Below are positions 19,804 through 28,841 of a DNA stretch of 64,000 nucleotides, piece by piece. Below the pieces are notes generated by a model. That model was not told the DNA's origin, did not search any database, and was given only the letters and a program-made list of their open reading frames with translations. The stretch is from Clostridia bacterium (GTDB taxonomy: Bacteria; Bacillota; Clostridia; JAAYHZ01): the NCBI GenBank assembly GCA_050950825.1, contig JBMNIH010000010.1:1-64000 (forward strand). Direction: 5' to 3'. The number at the start of each line of letters is the position of its first letter. Position 1 is the stretch's first letter. The position numbers and the translations under genes are program-made.

Positions 19804-20941
19804 TTATCTTCCGAATATATTCAATAAAACTCCTGCTGCAACGGCAGATCCAATAACCCCGGCTACGTTCGGTCCCATAGCATGCATCAAAAGATAGTTT
19901 GTGGGGTTCGCTTTTTGCCCTTCAACTTGGGATACCCTTGCCGCCATAGGTACGGCCGACACGCCGGCAGAACCGATTAAAGGATTAATCTTTCCTTTAG
20001 ACAACCAACACATCAACTTTCCTATTAACAGACCACCCACGGTGCTGAAGATAAAGGCCGTCAATCCCAGTCCGATAATCATCAGAGTTTCCGGCTTCAA
20101 GAATCGATCCGCGCTTGCAGTTGCTCCTACCGTTACACCGAGAAAGATCGTAACGATGTTTATCAACGCATTTTGAGCCGTATCCGATAGACGAGCCACC
20201 ACTCCGGATTCTCTGAACAAGTTTCCTAACATCAGCATTCCGATCAAAGGCGCAACATCCGGCAGTAAAAGGATGCATAATACGGATACGACGATGGGGG
20301 AAACAAATCTTTTCCAACTTCGATACTTCACGAAGCTGTTCCATCTTAATTTCCCTCTCTTTTTTCGTAGTCAGCAGCCGCATAATAGGAGGTTGGATTA
20401 ACGGAATCAAAGCCATATAGGAATAGGCGGCGATGGCAATCGCAGGTAACAGCTCCGGTGCAAGCTTCGTTGTCAGATAAATAGCCGTCGGGCCGTCGGC
20501 ACCGCCGATGATAGCGATGGAAGACGCTTCATTCGGCTTAAAGCCAAGGGCAACCGCTATAATGAACGCCGCGCTGATACCGAATTGGGCACCGGCACCC
20601 AACAACAAGCTGGTGGGTCTGGCCAATAACGGGCCGAAGTCGGTCATAGCCCCTATTCCGAGGAAGATCAGCGAAGGATAAATACCTTTTTTAACGCCTA
20701 AATAAAGATAATAGAGCAGACCTCCGTTTTCCGTCTCGGTAGGATCCTTCATCAAGTTGGCAATCGGAAGGTTAGCCAACAGCATACCAAATGCAATAGG
20801 CAGCAACAATAACGGTTCAAATTCTTTGACAATGGCAAGATAAATCAATATGAAAGATACAAGAATCATAACTCCATGTTGCCACGTTAATGCTGCAAAG
20901 CCTGAAGCTTCCCAAATACTTAAAAGCGTATCAACAAACAT
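19804..20941 (-). pseudogene. oadB: Na+-translocating decarboxylase beta subunit, frameshifted
   Basis: FEPLLL.PI.FG, IIGGADGPT and AYSYMAL in one frame; [17 protein letters not shown] and HAMGPNVAG in another; one extra base in the G5 run at 20296-20300. Confidence 0.9.
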
Positions 20942-20990
20942 ATTTCAGTCCTCCTTGCCGTTCTCTTGTATCGGATTTGTGAGGGGCGCC

Positions 20991-21044
20991 CTATTCCATC
21001 CGTTTATACTTCTTTCGAAACAAAATGTAACTATCATGCTTCAA
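20991..21044 (-). pseudogene. possible remnant of a biotin carboxyl carrier gene
   Basis: Orphan GGAGG SD plus TTG; fragments MKH / IVTF / KKY across frames recall MKYIVTLNGKKY starts; lies at the expected position between oadG and oadB. Confidence 0.35.
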
Positions 21045-21071
21045 TAAATAACCTCCAACAAATTTCTCGCT

Positions 21072-21379
21072 TTATTCTTTTTTTAACAACTTAATGGATT
21101 TAAAGCGCAGCTTGGATGCGGGCACACCGGATGCACCGCTTACCGCCGCCATAATCACGGCCGCCGTTTTTTCGTCTACATTCTCCAGCGTAAGCTCGCC
21201 CGTTGTTTCTTTCGACGCGCTCTTTACACCGCTTTCTTTTTTCGGTTCTTTCTTGCCTTTCGTATAAGGCTCGAAAGAATGGAAGAAAACAGCATGATAA
21301 ACAAGCAGATAACACATAAGACAATAAAAACGATTACAATACATATGGCTGCAACGCCAAGACTCTCAAAAAAGGTCAT
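21072..21379 (-). pseudogene. oadG: decarboxylase gamma/delta subunit (OadG family), frameshifted
   Basis: AAGGAGG SD, ATG 21379; TM N-terminus (IVIVFIVL) and C-terminal VDEKTAAVIMAAVS...LRFKSIK are in different frames; shift near 21258-21266. Confidence 0.8.
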
Positions 21380-21760
21380 CTTTGTATAATCCTCCTTCAC
21401 CAATATTGTATGGACAATCCATTCCTTTCCCGCTTTCTTTTCTCTATTCCATATGATGTTCTCATCATCCATAGGAGCGAAACGGAACAGGACTACCTCT
21501 TTTATTCAATATAAATGCACGTAAACCGGTTGTCAATGAACCGTGTTGCATTAAAAAAGGATGCTGATTTCTTGTGAAACCCCCACCCAAAGGTTACAAG
21601 TCTTGAAAACAGATTTATTATCTGTCCAACCGGTACAAAAAAATATTTACTAAAAATCGAAATTAGCATATCATGAATCGGTTTTTGAGTCAACCGAAAA
21701 CAATCGTTTTTAATACAGGATCAAGAAAGCAAATATTTATAACTCTCCTATATTTTAGGA

Positions 21761-21789
21761 TTGACGAAAGAGATATTCTATATTATGAT
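21761..21789 (+). promoter_or_regulatory. sigma-A promoter of the metG leader
   Basis: TTGACG-17bp-TATGAT. Confidence 0.75.
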
Positions 21790-21814
21790 ACACATATCTT
21801 TTAACCGAATACAA

Positions 21815-22099
21815 TAGCGTTGAAGAGAAGAGTAGGTGTCGATTTCTTTTACAGAGAACTCCGTCAGCTGAGAAGGAGCAAAGAATAGGCATACGAAGAT
21901 GGTCTCGGAGCTTTCGCACCGAATCCTTTAAGGGTTAAGGCTGCGACGGGTGCTCCCGTTACAGAGCCGGAGTATAATCGGAACATTTTTTCGACGTACT
22001 CGCTGAGGCCGGCGTTGCGAAGTGCCGGCGAATCGGGGTGGTAACACGAAGCATCATGCTCTCGTCCCCGGGATTTTGTCCCGGGACGAGAGCTTTTTT
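21815..22099 (+). promoter_or_regulatory. Met T-box riboswitch
   Basis: AGTA, AGAGA and GCTGAGA stem-I motifs; specifier ATG at 21899-901; T-box AATCGGGGTGGTAACACG at 22031-48; terminator 22058-99. Confidence 0.95.
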
Positions 22100-22120
22100 A
22101 TTTTAAACGGAGGTGATTTT

Positions 22121-23749
22121 ATGAATGTATTAATCGGCAATGCATGGCCTTACGCAAACGGGTCCTTGCACATCGGACATATGGCCGCATTGCTGCCGGG
22201 AGACGTTTTGGCAAGGTATTTTCGTGCCAAAGGCGATACGGTGTTTTTTGTTTCCGGCAGCGATTGCCACGGTACCCCGGTGGCTATTCGAGCCAAAAAA
22301 GAAAACAAAACGCCGCAGGAAATCAGCGATTATTATCACAAAGAGTTTACGGATTGTTTTTTACGTCTCGGTTTTTCCTACGACATGTACGGAAAAACAT
22401 CCGGCGCCGAGCATAAAGGCTTTGTAACGGATTTTCACAAAAAGCTTTACGACGGCGGATACGTTTATGAAGAAAGCGTTCCGCAAGCCTATTGCCCGGT
22501 ATGCGAGCAATTCTTGCCGGACCGTTATTTAAAAGGCATATGCCCTCATTGCAGAAAAGCGGCAAGAGGTGACCAATGCGAAGCATGCGGCAATATACCG
22601 GATCCGAAAACACTAATTCAGCCCGTATGTTCTCTTTGCGGGAATATACCGGAATTCCGTCCTTCCAAGCATCTTTATTTGGCCGTTACACGAATGAAGA
22701 AGGTCCTCGGTGAATATATAGAAAGCCATGGCGAATGGAGAAAAAACGCGTATGAAATGTCCAAAAGGTATCTTCAAGAAGGATTACGGGATCGAAGCCT
22801 GACTCGAGATTTGGATTGGGGTATCGACGTTCCGAAGGAAGGATACGAAGGCAAGAAAATATACATTTGGGCGGAAAACGTGCTTGGATATCTTTCCATG
22901 TGCCATACCCTATGTCTTCGTTTCGGAATGGATTTTTACGAATTTTGGAACAGTGCCGTGCAATATTACGTGCACGGGAAAGATAACATTCCCTTTCATA
23001 CCCTAATTCTTCCTTCGCTGCTTTTTGGGCGTACCGACGTTACGCTGAAGTTCCCGGACAGGATCATATCAAGCGAGTACCTAACTCTCGAAGGAAGAAA
23101 AATATCTACAAGCGAAAACCGGGCCGTTTGGGTAAAGGATATTTTGGATCGTTACGATCCCGACTCCATACGGTATTTTCTCATCGCTAGCGGTCCCGAA
23201 AAAAGAGATACGGACTTTACTTGGCGAGAATTTGTCCACAGCCATAACGGAGAGCTTTTGGGGGCTTACGGGAATTTTGTAAACCGCAGTTTGGTATTTA
23301 TCCAAAAGTATTTTGAAAACAAAGTCCCCGATTCCCCTGTCAATCTCGATTTTATAAGGCAAATTCAAAAGCTATATACGGAAACCGGGGAACGGATTGA
23401 GCAAGGAAATTTCAAAGAAGCGTTGGAAGGGATCTTTTCATTGGTAAGAGCGGCCAATAAGTACTTCGACGAGGAACAACCGTGGATAACCGTAAAGAGC
23501 GATAACAATAAGTGCAAGGAAACGCTAAACACTTGCGTGCAGATTATCGCCAATCTCTCTTGTCTTCTCGAGCCTTTCCTACCCTTTTCTTCGGAGAAAG
23601 TAAGGAGGATGCTGAAAATCGAAAAGCCCGTGTGGCAATATATTCATATTCCTTCCGGCCGAGAACCGGAGAATGTAAATATTCTGTTCCAAAGAATCGA
23701 TAAAAAGGTCATAGAGGAGGAAGAGGCAAGGCTTCATGGTTGTATATAA
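22121..23749 (+). CDS. metG: methionine--tRNA ligase (MetRS2 type)
   Basis: PYANGSLHIGH, four CxxC pairs, GKDNIPFH, KISTS; GGAGGT SD before ATG 22121; Met T-box upstream. Confidence 0.95.
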   Translation: MNVLIGNAWPYANGSLHIGHMAALLPGDVLARYFRAKGDTVFFVSGSDCHGTPVAIRAKKENKTPQEISDYYHKEFTDCFLRLGFSYDMYGKTSGAEHKGFVTDFHKKLYDGGYVYEESVPQAYCPVCEQFLPDRYLKGICPHCRKAARGDQCEACGNIPDPKTLIQPVCSLCGNIPEFRPSKHLYLAVTRMKKVLGEYIESHGEWRKNAYEMSKRYLQEGLRDRSLTRDLDWGIDVPKEGYEGKKIYIWAENVLGYLSMCHTLCLRFGMDFYEFWNSAVQYYVHGKDNIPFHTLILPSLLFGRTDVTLKFPDRIISSEYLTLEGRKISTSENRAVWVKDILDRYDPDSIRYFLIASGPEKRDTDFTWREFVHSHNGELLGAYGNFVNRSLVFIQKYFENKVPDSPVNLDFIRQIQKLYTETGERIEQGNFKEALEGIFSLVRAANKYFDEEQPWITVKSDNNKCKETLNTCVQIIANLSCLLEPFLPFSSEKVRRMLKIEKPVWQYIHIPSGREPENVNILFQRIDKKVIEEEEARLHGCI

Positions 23750-23753
23750 ATGG

Positions 23754-23786
23754 AGAGCACCTTATTTTAAAAAGTAAGGTGCTTTT
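23754..23786. terminator. terminator between convergent genes
   Basis: AGCACCTTATTT...AAGTAAGGTGCT plus T-run. Confidence 0.75.
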
Positions 23787-24713
23787 TCAAAACAATTTCA
23801 TTTGCTTATTTACATTGGATTTTACATCTTTTAAAATGACTTTCTCGTATTCCTGAACTTCACCGATCAAGAGCTCTCCCTTCGGATCGTGCCTTTTATC
23901 GTTTTTCTCTACGGATTCCATACTGTAGTTGGCATAGCAGTAGATACAGCCGTTTTTGCATGTGTTGTATGCACCGATATCGACGCTTTCATAGCATTCG
24001 CAGCCGTGCCGTTGATTTTTATCCTTTTTAAGATCAAGACCGTACCCGCAAATTTTTTCAATAAGAGCTTTGTCGATGCAGCTTGCCTTTTCCATACCGC
24101 ATTCCGATAGGAAAGATTCTTCACAGCAGGCCTTTACCGTAATACCGTAGTCTTTAGCAACGGTAGATATCATCCGGCTTATTTCCATCATTTCCTCTTT
24201 TCGGATTTCTCTTAATCGGTCCTTTTTTAACTTCGAATAAAGGTCCACAAAGCTTACGATACATTGGTTCGTGTCATTTTCCAATTGCTTGCACAGATAC
24301 GAAAATTTTTCTTTATGATACGCAAAATCAAAGGTCTCGTTCAATATGATCGGATCGTACCGCCAAACCGTCTTTTCATGGCCGATGCGACGGCTTAGCT
24401 CCTTAAAAGTACGTACAATATCTTCTTTGTCTCGTAATTTTCTTTCAACGGACCGGTCGTAAGGCGTTAACGTAAAATAAAAATAATATTTGTAGTCGAG
24501 CTCGTCAAGAGTATCCAGCTTGTCAAGCATATTCAAGGGATCCTTTGTCCAAAAGACAATACAATCGATGATATCCTTTGACAAAGGAATTCTATAAATT
24601 TGGGAGGGATTCATCGGATTTCTTGTCAACACATATCCTGCCTGCAGTCGGTTTATGAGCCATTCGGAATAATGGCAAGGAATATCCGTCCTTCGAGAAG
24701 CGCTTAAAATCAT
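23787..24713 (-). CDS. DUF1848 family protein (SPL-like, Cys-rich C-terminus)
   Basis: MILSASRRTDIP, FWTK, WRYDPI, DIGAYNTC..GC.YCYA motifs. Confidence 0.9.
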   Translation of the reverse strand: MILSASRRTDIPCHYSEWLINRLQAGYVLTRNPMNPSQIYRIPLSKDIIDCIVFWTKDPLNMLDKLDTLDELDYKYYFYFTLTPYDRSVERKLRDKEDIVRTFKELSRRIGHEKTVWRYDPIILNETFDFAYHKEKFSYLCKQLENDTNQCIVSFVDLYSKLKKDRLREIRKEEMMEISRMISTVAKDYGITVKACCEESFLSECGMEKASCIDKALIEKICGYGLDLKKDKNQRHGCECYESVDIGAYNTCKNGCIYCYANYSMESVEKNDKRHDPKGELLIGEVQEYEKVILKDVKSNVNKQMKLF

Positions 24714-25162
24714 GTTTTTTCATCCTCGATTCGCATGGTAAACGCCGTTTTTTCAAAACGATTAAAACCGCATTTTTCGTAAAACCTTAAAACATTTTCC
24801 TCCTTTGACCCGGTAAGAAGCATAATTTTGTAGCATCCCTTGTTCTTCGCAATCTCTACGGCCTTTTTCATAAGGGCTCCGGCATATCCTCGGCATCGAT
24901 AATCTTTATGCGTCACCACATTCTCGATTAGGGCATACGGTCTCAACCCGCGAGTTAAATTTTTGATTACCACAACCGTCACGCTTGATACGATCCTTCC
25001 GTCATACTCCCCGATCAGTATATGGTAATTTTCGTCAAGAAGGATTTCTCTCCATAAAGACCGTTGCTTTTTCGTAAAATTAGGTTTTTCTTTTTCATGC
25101 AAGTGCAAATACAATTCCAAAAGCCCGTCAAGATCCGATTCTTTCACTTCTCGAATAATCAT
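24710..25162 (-). CDS. GNAT family N-acetyltransferase
   Basis: IENVVT...YR.RGYA, GCYKIML.TG, FYEKCGF motifs. Confidence 0.88.
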   Translation of the reverse strand: MIIREVKESDLDGLLELYLHLHEKEKPNFTKKQRSLWREILLDENYHILIGEYDGRIVSSVTVVVIKNLTRGLRPYALIENVVTHKDYRCRGYAGALMKKAVEIAKNKGCYKIMLLTGSKEENVLRFYEKCGFNRFEKTAFTMRIEDEKT

Positions 25163-25414
25163 AAGAAATCTCCCTTTCCTCGGTTTTTTCAAAACCCTTG
25201 CGCATCAAGCCGAGCCGTATGCCGGTTGTTGTTCGGGTGCTTCCCGCTTTTTCCGCTTTCGTCCTTGTAAACCGAAAGCTCGTTGATTAACGTTATTATA
25301 CCCCATCCTGCCTTCGGCTGCATTAGCTTGCCGTCATCCGACCTTCTATTTGTGCAAATTTCAAATGTGTGCTATATATTAATATATGACGAAAAGGAGT
25401 TGAAAAAAAGACCC

Positions 25415-26422
25415 ATGACAGCCGTGTATAAGTCCATCGACCTTTTTGCCGGGATCGGAGGAATTCGCTTAGGATTTGAACGTGCCTTCGGAGAATCCAT
25501 AGAAACCGTATTTATCAGCGAATGGGATGAAAACGCTCAAAAAACCTATTACGCCAACTTTCCGGACAAGCCGAGGATTGAAGGAGACATTACGAAAATC
25601 GACGAAAAAGACATTCCCGCCTTTGATATTTGCCTTGCCGGTTTTCCGTGCCAAGCATTTTCCCTCGCAGGCAGAAGGATGGGCTTTGATGACGATTACA
25701 AAGGGCTGTCAAGAGGCACCCTCTTTTTTGACGTATTAAGAATTTGCAGCCGTCATAAGCCGAAGGTCATTTTCTGTGAGAACGTAAAGGGACTTACCAT
25801 CCATGACAGAGGACGCACCTTCAAAGTGATCTTAGGAGCATTAAAGCAATCGGGGTATACGGTGTACCATGAAGTATTGAACAGCAAGGATTTCGGTGTG
25901 CCGCAAAACCGAGAACGTATCTACATTGTCGCCTTTCGAGACGATGTTCGAAGCGACGGATTTTCGTTCCCCGAACCGATGAATGTGAAAACTTGTATAG
26001 AAGATATCATGGAAGAGGAGGTGTCCGTGAAGTATTACCTATCCGATACCTACTTGGAAACCTTGAAAAGGCATCGTGAGAGGCACGAAGCGAAAGGAAA
26101 CGGCTTCGGCTACGTTGTAAGAGATTTGAACGAGGTAGCGGGAGCCATCGTATGCGGCGGGATGGGCAGAGAGCGTAATTTAATCGTCGATAAACGATTG
26201 AAGGACTTTACTCCTGTCACACCGATCAAAGGCAAGGTGAATCGGGAAGGAATCCGCAGAATGACCCCGAGGGAGTGGGCACGACTGCAGGGTTTTCCGG
26301 ACAGCTTCCGGCTTCCTTTGGCGGACGTTCATTTGTACAAGCAATTAGGCAACAGCGTAACCGTTCCCGTTATCGAAGCCATTGCCAAAAAAGTGAAGCA
26401 TGTATTGGACCAATCCATGTAA
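25415..26422 (+). CDS. DNA (cytosine-5)-methyltransferase, HpaII-like, orphan
   Basis: Motifs I (DLFAGIGG), IV (FPCQ), VI (ENV), VIII (QNRERIY), IX-X; target region KGNGFGY..GGMGRERN recalls M.HpaII; start ATG 25415 or TTG 25400. Confidence 0.93.
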   Translation: MTAVYKSIDLFAGIGGIRLGFERAFGESIETVFISEWDENAQKTYYANFPDKPRIEGDITKIDEKDIPAFDICLAGFPCQAFSLAGRRMGFDDDYKGLSRGTLFFDVLRICSRHKPKVIFCENVKGLTIHDRGRTFKVILGALKQSGYTVYHEVLNSKDFGVPQNRERIYIVAFRDDVRSDGFSFPEPMNVKTCIEDIMEEEVSVKYYLSDTYLETLKRHRERHEAKGNGFGYVVRDLNEVAGAIVCGGMGRERNLIVDKRLKDFTPVTPIKGKVNREGIRRMTPREWARLQGFPDSFRLPLADVHLYKQLGNSVTVPVIEAIAKKVKHVLDQSM

Positions 26423-26436
26423 AGGAGATTATGCAT

Positions 26437-27456
26437 ATGCTGCAAATTGTAACGGTAGCCAAAAGCGCCAAAGAATTTACTCGAAAAAGCGAAGGAGATG
26501 TCATTGAGCTTCGCGACGGCCGACTGCTTATCGTCTATATGGAATTTACGGGAGACGGAAGCGATTATGCCAAAACGTTGATCGTAAGTAGAATATCCGA
26601 TGACGGAGGTCTTACGTGGAAGAATCGTAAAGTCATCGCCGAAACCGTTCCCGGCGATATCAACGTGTATTCCCCCAACTTGATTCGGGCTTTAGACGGC
26701 AGTATTCTTCTTATCTTTATGCGGCAGCATTCGTCGAACCCTAGAACCACCACCATGATTGCTTACAAATCCTTCGACGAGGGGGAAACCTTTCAGCCCT
26801 ATTCGGAATTTGCAAAGAAAATGGAATACAGCTTATGCAACGCCGTATTAAAACGGTTGGATTCCGGAAGGCTGTTGCTTCCGGTAAGTCCTTCTTTCAA
26901 AGCCTCCGTTTTATACAGCGATGACGACGGGTTGACCTGGCAAGAATCCAAGAACCGGGTGTTTTTACCTATGCGGGGAGCCATGGAGCCTCACGCGGAG
27001 CAAACCCGGGACGGTAGAGTGTTGATGGTGATTCGTAACCAATTGGGCTCTTTATTCATCGCCGAATCCAAGGACCAAGGAGAAACCTGGGAAAAACCTC
27101 AAACATCCGGGCTGCGTACGCCGGAATCCTGTCCGGAGCTGACCCGTATACCCGGAACGAATGATTTATTAATGATATGGAATAACAGTCCTTACGATCC
27201 CGATTTTCGATCCCACTACGGAAAAAGAAGCCCCTTGTCGTGCGCCGTATCCAAGGATAACGGCCGTACTTGGGAAAACATTAAAGACATTGAAACCGAC
27301 TCCACAAGAGCCTTTTCGAATCCCGGTTGCCGATTCTTATCCGACGGAAAAGCCGTTATCAATTATTGGACCTGCGAGTACCTGCCGGATTGGAGAATGC
27401 AGGATGTCATCGATTTAAGAGTCGCTATAATCCACAAACAGTGGTTTTATACATAA
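26437..27456 (+). CDS. BNR/Asp-box (sialidase-fold) beta-propeller, cytoplasmic
   Basis: Five Asp boxes (SDDGGLTW, SFDEGETF, SDDDGLTW, SKDQGETW, SKDNGRTW); no signal peptide. Confidence 0.88.
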   Translation: MLQIVTVAKSAKEFTRKSEGDVIELRDGRLLIVYMEFTGDGSDYAKTLIVSRISDDGGLTWKNRKVIAETVPGDINVYSPNLIRALDGSILLIFMRQHSSNPRTTTMIAYKSFDEGETFQPYSEFAKKMEYSLCNAVLKRLDSGRLLLPVSPSFKASVLYSDDDGLTWQESKNRVFLPMRGAMEPHAEQTRDGRVLMVIRNQLGSLFIAESKDQGETWEKPQTSGLRTPESCPELTRIPGTNDLLMIWNNSPYDPDFRSHYGKRSPLSCAVSKDNGRTWENIKDIETDSTRAFSNPGCRFLSDGKAVINYWTCEYLPDWRMQDVIDLRVAIIHKQWFYT

Positions 27457-27476
27457 CAGCTTTTTCATCTTATATC

Positions 27477-27514
27477 GCGGTTCGGACATCTTTGGTCCCG
27501 AACCGCTTCTTTTT
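27477..27514 (+). terminator. intrinsic terminator
   Basis: GCGGTTCGG...CCGAACCGC-TTCTTTTT. Confidence 0.75.
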
Positions 27515-27517
27515 ATA

Positions 27518-28192
27518 TCAAATCTCCTTCAGCCTTTCTCGATCCAATAAAAGAATCCTTCGGCTTCCGGACAGCTTGATCAAGCCTTGGTCGGCAAACT
27601 GCGTCAGTTTTCTGCTTAACGTCTCTTGGCTCATACCTAAAGAGGAAGCAAAATCACCCTTCGACATGGGAAGATGAACCTCATGTTTACCCTCCGAAAG
27701 GGACAGGAGAGCTTTTGCAATACGTTGTTCTACCGTATTGGCGGAAATGGCTTCGATTTGCGCTTCTGCGGCCTCCAGACGCTTGCTCAATTCCTCCATC
27801 ACCTTAAAGGCGATGGACGTATATTTTGTCATCAATTCCTTCAGCTTCACGCCTTCCACCACACACATCTTTGAAGGCTCGATCGCTTGGGCGTAATCCG
27901 TCAAAGGAAGCCGGCTGAACAAAGACAATTCTCCGAAGAACTCCCCCGGGCCGACCACGCGGATCACTTGCTCCTTCCCGCTTGCCGTCAAGCGGAAAAT
28001 TTTCACCTTTCCGGTATGCAAGACAAACATCTTTCCGCCTTGGTCTCCGGCCATGTAGATCATATCCCCTTTTTCATGGGCTTTCGGCGTCGTAATTCGA
28101 GCAACCTCCGTCATCTCATCCGGATTTAAGCTGCTGAAAATCGGAACGCGCTTGATACAATTTCGCTGCTCTATGCAATGATTGCATTCCAT
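27518..28192 (-). CDS. Crp/Fnr family transcriptional regulator
   Basis: GEFFGE cNMP-fold, EQRIA, LG..QETLSR HTH; N-terminal CxxC-x5-C. Confidence 0.92.
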   Translation of the reverse strand: MECNHCIEQRNCIKRVPIFSSLNPDEMTEVARITTPKAHEKGDMIYMAGDQGGKMFVLHTGKVKIFRLTASGKEQVIRVVGPGEFFGELSLFSRLPLTDYAQAIEPSKMCVVEGVKLKELMTKYTSIAFKVMEELSKRLEAAEAQIEAISANTVEQRIAKALLSLSEGKHEVHLPMSKGDFASSLGMSQETLSRKLTQFADQGLIKLSGSRRILLLDRERLKEI

Positions 28193-28254
28193 GAACCCTC
28201 ACTCCTTTCGAAAATTATACCATACGAAAACGTGAAAAAAGGTTTTTAAACCTA

Positions 28255-28308
28255 TTGACATCGAAGAAAAAGAATATATAATTAACGTGTTAATTATTAA
28301 ACGTTTAA
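28255..28308 (+). promoter_or_regulatory. promoter with tandem palindromic MarR operators
   Basis: TTGACA-16bp-TATAAT overlapped by AATTAACGTGTTAATT and TTAAACGTTTAA. Confidence 0.7.
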
Positions 28309-28349
28309 CTAATAAAAAATCGAACCGTTCATCAAGGAGGTGAACAACG

Positions 28350-28841
28350 GTGGAAAAGAGGCTCAGTCCTCAAAAGGAAGCATTACACAAATTTCTCTGC
28401 GCGAATCGGCTGCATCGGAAAACCGTTGAGAGCTTGGTAGGTAAATTGGGATGGCAGCATACCCAGCACCGAATCCTTATTTATCTCCACCTTAACAGCC
28501 ACAATAATCCGTCTCAGCGTGATATCGCGGAATTTTTGCAAGTTACTCCGGCGGCAGTGACCGTAACTCTAAAGAAAATGGAGAAGGCCGGTTTAATCGA
28601 AAGATCTGTCAGCAATGAAGACAACAGGGTCCATCAAATAAGCATTTCCCCTTACGGGCAACGCATCGTCCGGGCTACGAATCATGTCTTCGATCTGATG
28701 GATCAAGCGGTTTTCAAAGGTTTCGAGCAAGAAGATCTGAAGATATTTATAGATTACTTGGATCGGATACAAGCAAACATCAACGAATTGGATATTGAGA
28801 AAATCGTTTCGGAAGGAAGGAAGGCTTTAAAGACAGTATGA
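28350..28841 (+). CDS. MarR family regulator
   Basis: SQRDIA..L.VT..AVT..LK.ME..GLI.R....DNR winged HTH. Confidence 0.92.
   Translation: MEKRLSPQKEALHKFLCANRLHRKTVESLVGKLGWQHTQHRILIYLHLNSHNNPSQRDIAEFLQVTPAAVTVTLKKMEKAGLIERSVSNEDNRVHQISISPYGQRIVRATNHVFDLMDQAVFKGFEQEDLKIFIDYLDRIQANINELDIEKIVSEGRKALKTV

Noticed and set aside
25170-25290. Leader of the GNAT-DUF1848 operon containing GGACGAAAGC, reminiscent of a c-di-GMP-I riboswitch
   Set aside because: It lacks the GGCAAA / GNRA hairpin and receptor; only a simple GCTTTCG/CGAAAGC hairpin is supportable.
25415-27456. Methyltransferase plus downstream ORF as a restriction-modification pair
   Set aside because: The downstream protein is an Asp-box propeller with no nuclease motif.
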